A stretch of 64,000 bases of DNA, taken from the NCBI GenBank assembly GCA_014360755.1, contig JACIWX010000003.1, positions 27,678-91,677 of the forward strand, read 5' to 3'. Position 1 is the stretch's first letter. Each line of letters opens with the position of its first letter. The notes under the pieces were generated by a model that ran no database searches, was not told the origin of the DNA, and saw only the letters and a program-made list of their open reading frames with translations. This DNA comes from Chloroflexota bacterium (lineage in GTDB: Bacteria > Chloroflexota > Anaerolineae > UBA2200). This document shows, piece by piece, positions 60,252 through 64,000 of this stretch. The translations under genes and the position numbers were made by a program.

Positions 60252-61792
60252 ACAGTAGGCGTTTGGTGCTGTACTCCCTCGTTGTAATAAGCGGTGCAGC
60301 CACGATGGGCGTGGAAATGTGTGCCTCTCGCTTACTGGCTCCGTACTTTGGCACTTCGTTGCCTGTATGGGGTCTCCTGATCGGATTGCTATTGGCGTAC
60401 CTTTCACTCGGTTACTTTTGGGGAGGGAAGCTCGCAGACCGCTATCCGGAGGCAAGTATATTGTATCAGTTCTCCGCCTGGGCCGGTTTCACTATTGGGC
60501 TGATTCCTTATCTCGCTCATCCCATTCTGCGCTACTCCGTAATAGCCTTTACCGGCTACCATGTAGGAGCACTGCTTGGTTCTCTGGTCAGTGTGCTGGT
60601 ATTATTTGCAATTCCTATCATCCTACTGGGTTTCATTTTCCCCTTTGCCATGCGCCTCAGTATCAAGGATGCTACTTCAAGTGGCAACATAGCCGGGCGC
60701 CTGTATGCTTTATCCACTATCGGCAGTCTCTTGGGGACTTTTGGAAGCGTTTTCCTGCTTATTCCTGCCTTCGGCACACGGCGCACCATCTTTGCTTTGT
60801 CGCTCTTGTTGTTGACCATAGCCATTATCGGCCTGCTCCACACTTCCGGGCGTCGAGCATGGCCCTATATCTTGCTGCTGGCTCTCATTGTTGCCCTTCA
60901 GCTTCTACCTCAGGGGGCTATCAAACCCACGCCGGGTTTGATCTACGAGATGGATTCTGCGTATAACTACATCCAGGTGCTGCGGGATGGAGAGAACCTT
61001 GTCCTGAAATTGAACGAAGGAGAGGGCATTCAATCGGTGTATCATCCACAGCGCATATTGACTGGATATATGTATGATTATTTCCTTTTAGTTCCTTTCT
61101 TTAGAAGCGGGCAACCCGAACCGCCCATAGGTAGCCTGTGCTTAATCGGCTTGGCTGGTGGCACTACTGCGCGTCAGTACAGCGCAGTATTCGGTGCAGT
61201 GCCCATAGATGGTGTGGAAATTGATCCCGCTATTATCGAAGTGGGGCAGCGCTTCTTCGACCTGAACTTGCCTAATTTGCATATCGTGGCAGAGGATGGT
61301 CGCTATTACCTGGCGCACACGAGAAATTGCTATGACGTCATCATTGTGGATGCCTATTGTCCACCGTACATCCCCTTTCAACTCACTACAGTTGAGTTTT
61401 TCCGCCAGGCGCAAGCCCATCTGACCGCGGATGGAGTTGTGGCTATGAATGTGGCACGGACTGAGACAGATTACAGCCTCGTCGATGCCATCGCAAGCAC
61501 ATTGAAAGCCGTCTATCCCAATGTGTACATCATGGATACGCTCAGCAATCTCAATAGCATTGTCATTGCTTCGCGTCAACCTACTGATCTGGCCACCATT
61601 ACTGCTAGGCTCGCTAGCCTGAGTGACCCTATTTTGGGAGACGTGGCTCACCGTGCCGCAGGCCGTATACGCGAATTTCTCGCGCCCAATTCACCCATAC
61701 TCTGCGACGACCATGCTCCTGTGGAACAGATGGTGCATGCGATCGTTGCGCGTTATTTTCTTGGCCAATCCAGTCGGGAGGTAAAGAGGTGA
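60248..61792 (+). CDS. Fused membrane domain and spermidine synthase-like aminopropyltransferase family protein
   Basis: About 7 N-terminal transmembrane segments, then an aminopropyltransferase fold (GLAGGTTARQY, VDGVEIDPAIIEVGQRFF, VIIVDAY). Confidence 0.65.
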   Translation: MNSRRLVLYSLVVISGAATMGVEMCASRLLAPYFGTSLPVWGLLIGLLLAYLSLGYFWGGKLADRYPEASILYQFSAWAGFTIGLIPYLAHPILRYSVIAFTGYHVGALLGSLVSVLVLFAIPIILLGFIFPFAMRLSIKDATSSGNIAGRLYALSTIGSLLGTFGSVFLLIPAFGTRRTIFALSLLLLTIAIIGLLHTSGRRAWPYILLLALIVALQLLPQGAIKPTPGLIYEMDSAYNYIQVLRDGENLVLKLNEGEGIQSVYHPQRILTGYMYDYFLLVPFFRSGQPEPPIGSLCLIGLAGGTTARQYSAVFGAVPIDGVEIDPAIIEVGQRFFDLNLPNLHIVAEDGRYYLAHTRNCYDVIIVDAYCPPYIPFQLTTVEFFRQAQAHLTADGVVAMNVARTETDYSLVDAIASTLKAVYPNVYIMDTLSNLNSIVIASRQPTDLATITARLASLSDPILGDVAHRAAGRIREFLAPNSPILCDDHAPVEQMVHAIVARYFLGQSSREVKR

Positions 61793-62463
61793 ACATTTCC
61801 TCGCTCTCTACTCGAGTTGTGCACATCCTCTTTTTGGTCTGCACTCCTTTCATACTTCTCCTATCCAACCTGTACCTTTTGGCTACCCCAGCGTTTATCC
61901 GCCATGAGTATAGCAAGCCGAATTTCCCGCCAGCGGTCTTGTACAGCGATGCTGAACGCCTCTCTCTCGCAGAAGCAACACTGCATTACCTTCGCTCCAC
62001 CGAAAGCGTTGAATATCTCAACAATTTACGCTCTCGAGGGCAAGTGGTCTATAACACCCGGGAGGTGAAGCATTTGGTGGACGTAAAGCGGGTGATGAAC
62101 GCGGCTTTCTGGATACATGGGATCTGTCTCCTGCTATGGATTGCGGCGGCAGCCTTCGTCTGGCGTCAACGCCAGGAGTGGTACAGCGCTTTGCGGGCGA
62201 TCTTCATGGGCTGCCTAGCGCTTTTTGCGGTATTGCTCACTATTGGCTTGTTGGCTTATGCCAATTTTGATTTGTTTTTCACTGCCTTTCACCGTCTTTT
62301 CTTCGAAGGAGATTCCTGGCTGTTTGCGTATTCCGATACGCTCATCCAATTGTTCCCAGTCCCATTCTGGATGGATGCTACCTGGGCGCTGGCTCTGCTA
62401 ACCATGGGCGAATGCCTCATCCTAGGCGCGGCAGCCTGGGCTCTGCTCCGGCGCTTTCAATAG
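61789..62463 (+). CDS. TIGR01906/DUF1461-like integral membrane protein
   Basis: Four transmembrane segments with the N-terminal LLSNLYLLATPAFIRHEY pattern I recall for this family. Low certainty. Confidence 0.45.
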   Translation: MNISSLSTRVVHILFLVCTPFILLLSNLYLLATPAFIRHEYSKPNFPPAVLYSDAERLSLAEATLHYLRSTESVEYLNNLRSRGQVVYNTREVKHLVDVKRVMNAAFWIHGICLLLWIAAAAFVWRQRQEWYSALRAIFMGCLALFAVLLTIGLLAYANFDLFFTAFHRLFFEGDSWLFAYSDTLIQLFPVPFWMDATWALALLTMGECLILGAAAWALLRRFQ

Positions 62464-62516
62464 CAGGTTCCTATGGCGGGTGATTTTCTGGAAGGCTATT
62501 ACCTGGAAGGAGTCCA

Positions 62517-63155
62517 ATGATAAGCATTGAAGAAGCGCGGTTGTATTACTCTGGTGTAGATGCAGCACACAATTTTGACCACGTTTTGCGCGTTTGGAGG
62601 TTGGCTGAACGCATTGGCAAAGCCGAGGGCGCTGACATGGAGATCCTTCAGGCTGCTGTTTTGCTACATGACGTGGCGCGTGTCGCTGAAGATGAAGGTG
62701 GACCTTGTCATGCCCGCGAAGGCGCCGAACGCGTGCGGGCGATTTTGGCGGGGCATCCGCTGGAGAAGGTAGAGGCAGTTGCCCATGCCATTGCTACCCA
62801 TCGTTTCCGTGACTCGGCCATACCCCAGACATTGGAAGCGCGCATCTTGTACGATGCTGATAAATTGGACGCAATCGGTGCCATTGGAGTGGCACGCGCC
62901 TATGCCATAGCGGGGCGGCATGCACAACGGCTTTGGGCTGATGTGCCGCAAGAGTATGCTCAGCGGAGCGTAGAAGAATCACGGGGGGATGTAACAGATG
63001 CGCAACATACGCCGGTGCACGAATACATCTTCAAACTGTCCAAACTCAAAGATACGCTTTTCACGGCCACTGCACGGGCTATTGCCAAGGGCCGCCATGA
63101 ATATATGGTGCAGTTCTTCGAACGGTTAGAGCGTGAGGTAAAGGGTGAGCTTTAA
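62517..63155 (+). CDS. HD domain phosphohydrolase
   Basis: HNFDHVLRV...LLHDVAR (H..HD...D motif). Confidence 0.75.
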   Translation: MISIEEARLYYSGVDAAHNFDHVLRVWRLAERIGKAEGADMEILQAAVLLHDVARVAEDEGGPCHAREGAERVRAILAGHPLEKVEAVAHAIATHRFRDSAIPQTLEARILYDADKLDAIGAIGVARAYAIAGRHAQRLWADVPQEYAQRSVEESRGDVTDAQHTPVHEYIFKLSKLKDTLFTATARAIAKGRHEYMVQFFERLEREVKGEL

Positions 63156-63180
63156 AAGCAAGCATGGGCTTGTAGGTTAT

Positions 63181-63215
63181 TGACAATTGTCTATAGATGG
63201 TGTAGAATATAAGTA
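63181..63215 (+). promoter_or_regulatory. Consensus sigma70 promoter (TTGACA-17 bp-TAGAAT) for rpsA, followed by a leader of about 300 nt
   Basis: The sequence ttgacaattgtctatagatggtgtagaatat. Confidence 0.55.
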
Positions 63216-63515
63216 CCTGAAGTGTAATCAATAATAACAGATGGTCTAATCGTGTTTTATAGGCCGTTCGGCTGCGCCGGGCCGGACTAGGAACGGTACA
63301 CTGTTCAGAGCATAGTTGGAAAGAAACATACTCTCAGCGTTGTAGCATCATTGCATCGTGGGGAGAGTAAAGACAGTCAGTCTTCTCTGATCTTGTGTGG
63401 ATCCGCTTGGGTGGGTCTCGATTTCTGGCACTCGGTTTCCGTCTGCATTTGGCGAAGCTGAACACCGAGTGTTTTTGTTTTCGACTGTCAAACAAGGCAT
63501 TATGGAGGATAATTC

Positions 63516-64000
63516 ATGAGCAATGATGTAACTCCCATGGGCAAGGATCTTATGTCGCCAGGGGAGGAGGAAAAGCAGACAAATTCTCTTTTATCCACGC
63601 ACGCAAGAAATGGACCTGCTATGGAGCAGGCGCCATCTCTCGCAGCGCAGCAAACATCCTCAACAGCAGAGCCCACGGAGACCGCAGTCCCATCCACCCA
63701 GCGTCCGGCAAATGAAGGTGCGGCGGCTGCAGCACCAGCAAGCAATGCGCCGTTGCAGTCCATTGTCATGCAGCAAGCGCTTTCTGATGAATATGCTTAT
63801 GTGCGGCCCAAGCGAGGAGAGATCCGCCTGGGGAGAGTCATGGACATCCGGCAGGATAGTATCTTGGTAGATCTGGGGCTCAAACATGAGGGCATCATCC
63901 CAGCAGAAGACCTGCAGCGGGTGGGCCAGAATGCAATCGAATCCGTCTCCGTTGGGGACGAAATACCAGTGTATATTCTCAGGCCGGAAGGAGGTCCAGA
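63516..64000 (+). CDS. rpsA: 30S ribosomal protein S1, 5' part only (runs off the window end; absent from the ORF track because no stop is reached)
   Basis: RBS ggagga then ATG 63516. An S/T/A/P-rich N-terminal extension is followed by an S1 domain (EIRLGRVMDIRQDSILVDLGLKHEGIIPAEDL...VGDEIPVYIL). Confidence 0.8.
   Translation, partial: MSNDVTPMGKDLMSPGEEEKQTNSLLSTHARNGPAMEQAPSLAAQQTSSTAEPTETAVPSTQRPANEGAAAAAPASNAPLQSIVMQQALSDEYAYVRPKRGEIRLGRVMDIRQDSILVDLGLKHEGIIPAEDLQRVGQNAIESVSVGDEIPVYILRPEGGP

Overview
This 64-kb window reads as ordinary chromosome from a moderately GC-rich bacterium. Gene content points to Chloroflexota or a similar deep-branching group: archaeal-type AspRS and ProRS, an infC-rpmI-rplT operon, and many family-5 ABC binding proteins. 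That taxonomic call is inference. The window carries two Dpp/Opp-type ABC systems, one next to a GH36 alpha-galactosidase and one next to two M24 peptidases. A long minus-strand gene run (42.9-59.2 kb) spans an M28 peptidase, VIT, DUF211, TrmI, MazG, ProRS, a GlmU-cytidine deaminase fusion, tRNA-Gln(UUG), RlmN, a HAD-IIA hydrolase, a YqeC::MocA fusion, YgfK, SsnA and an MBL hydrolase. The last four form the accessory set of the selenium-dependent molybdenum hydroxylase system, but no hydroxylase is present. Other notable items are a HicAB toxin-antitoxin cassette flanked by a duplicated comM 3' end, two copies of a ~150-bp MITE-like element, and a 516-bp hairpin-rich element with inverted ends between infC and an ABC operon. 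GTGAKGA-type heptamer tandem repeats sit at two gene 3' ends. An rpsA gene with a consensus sigma70 promoter and a long leader begins at 63516 and runs off the window. No CRISPR array or rRNA gene was seen.
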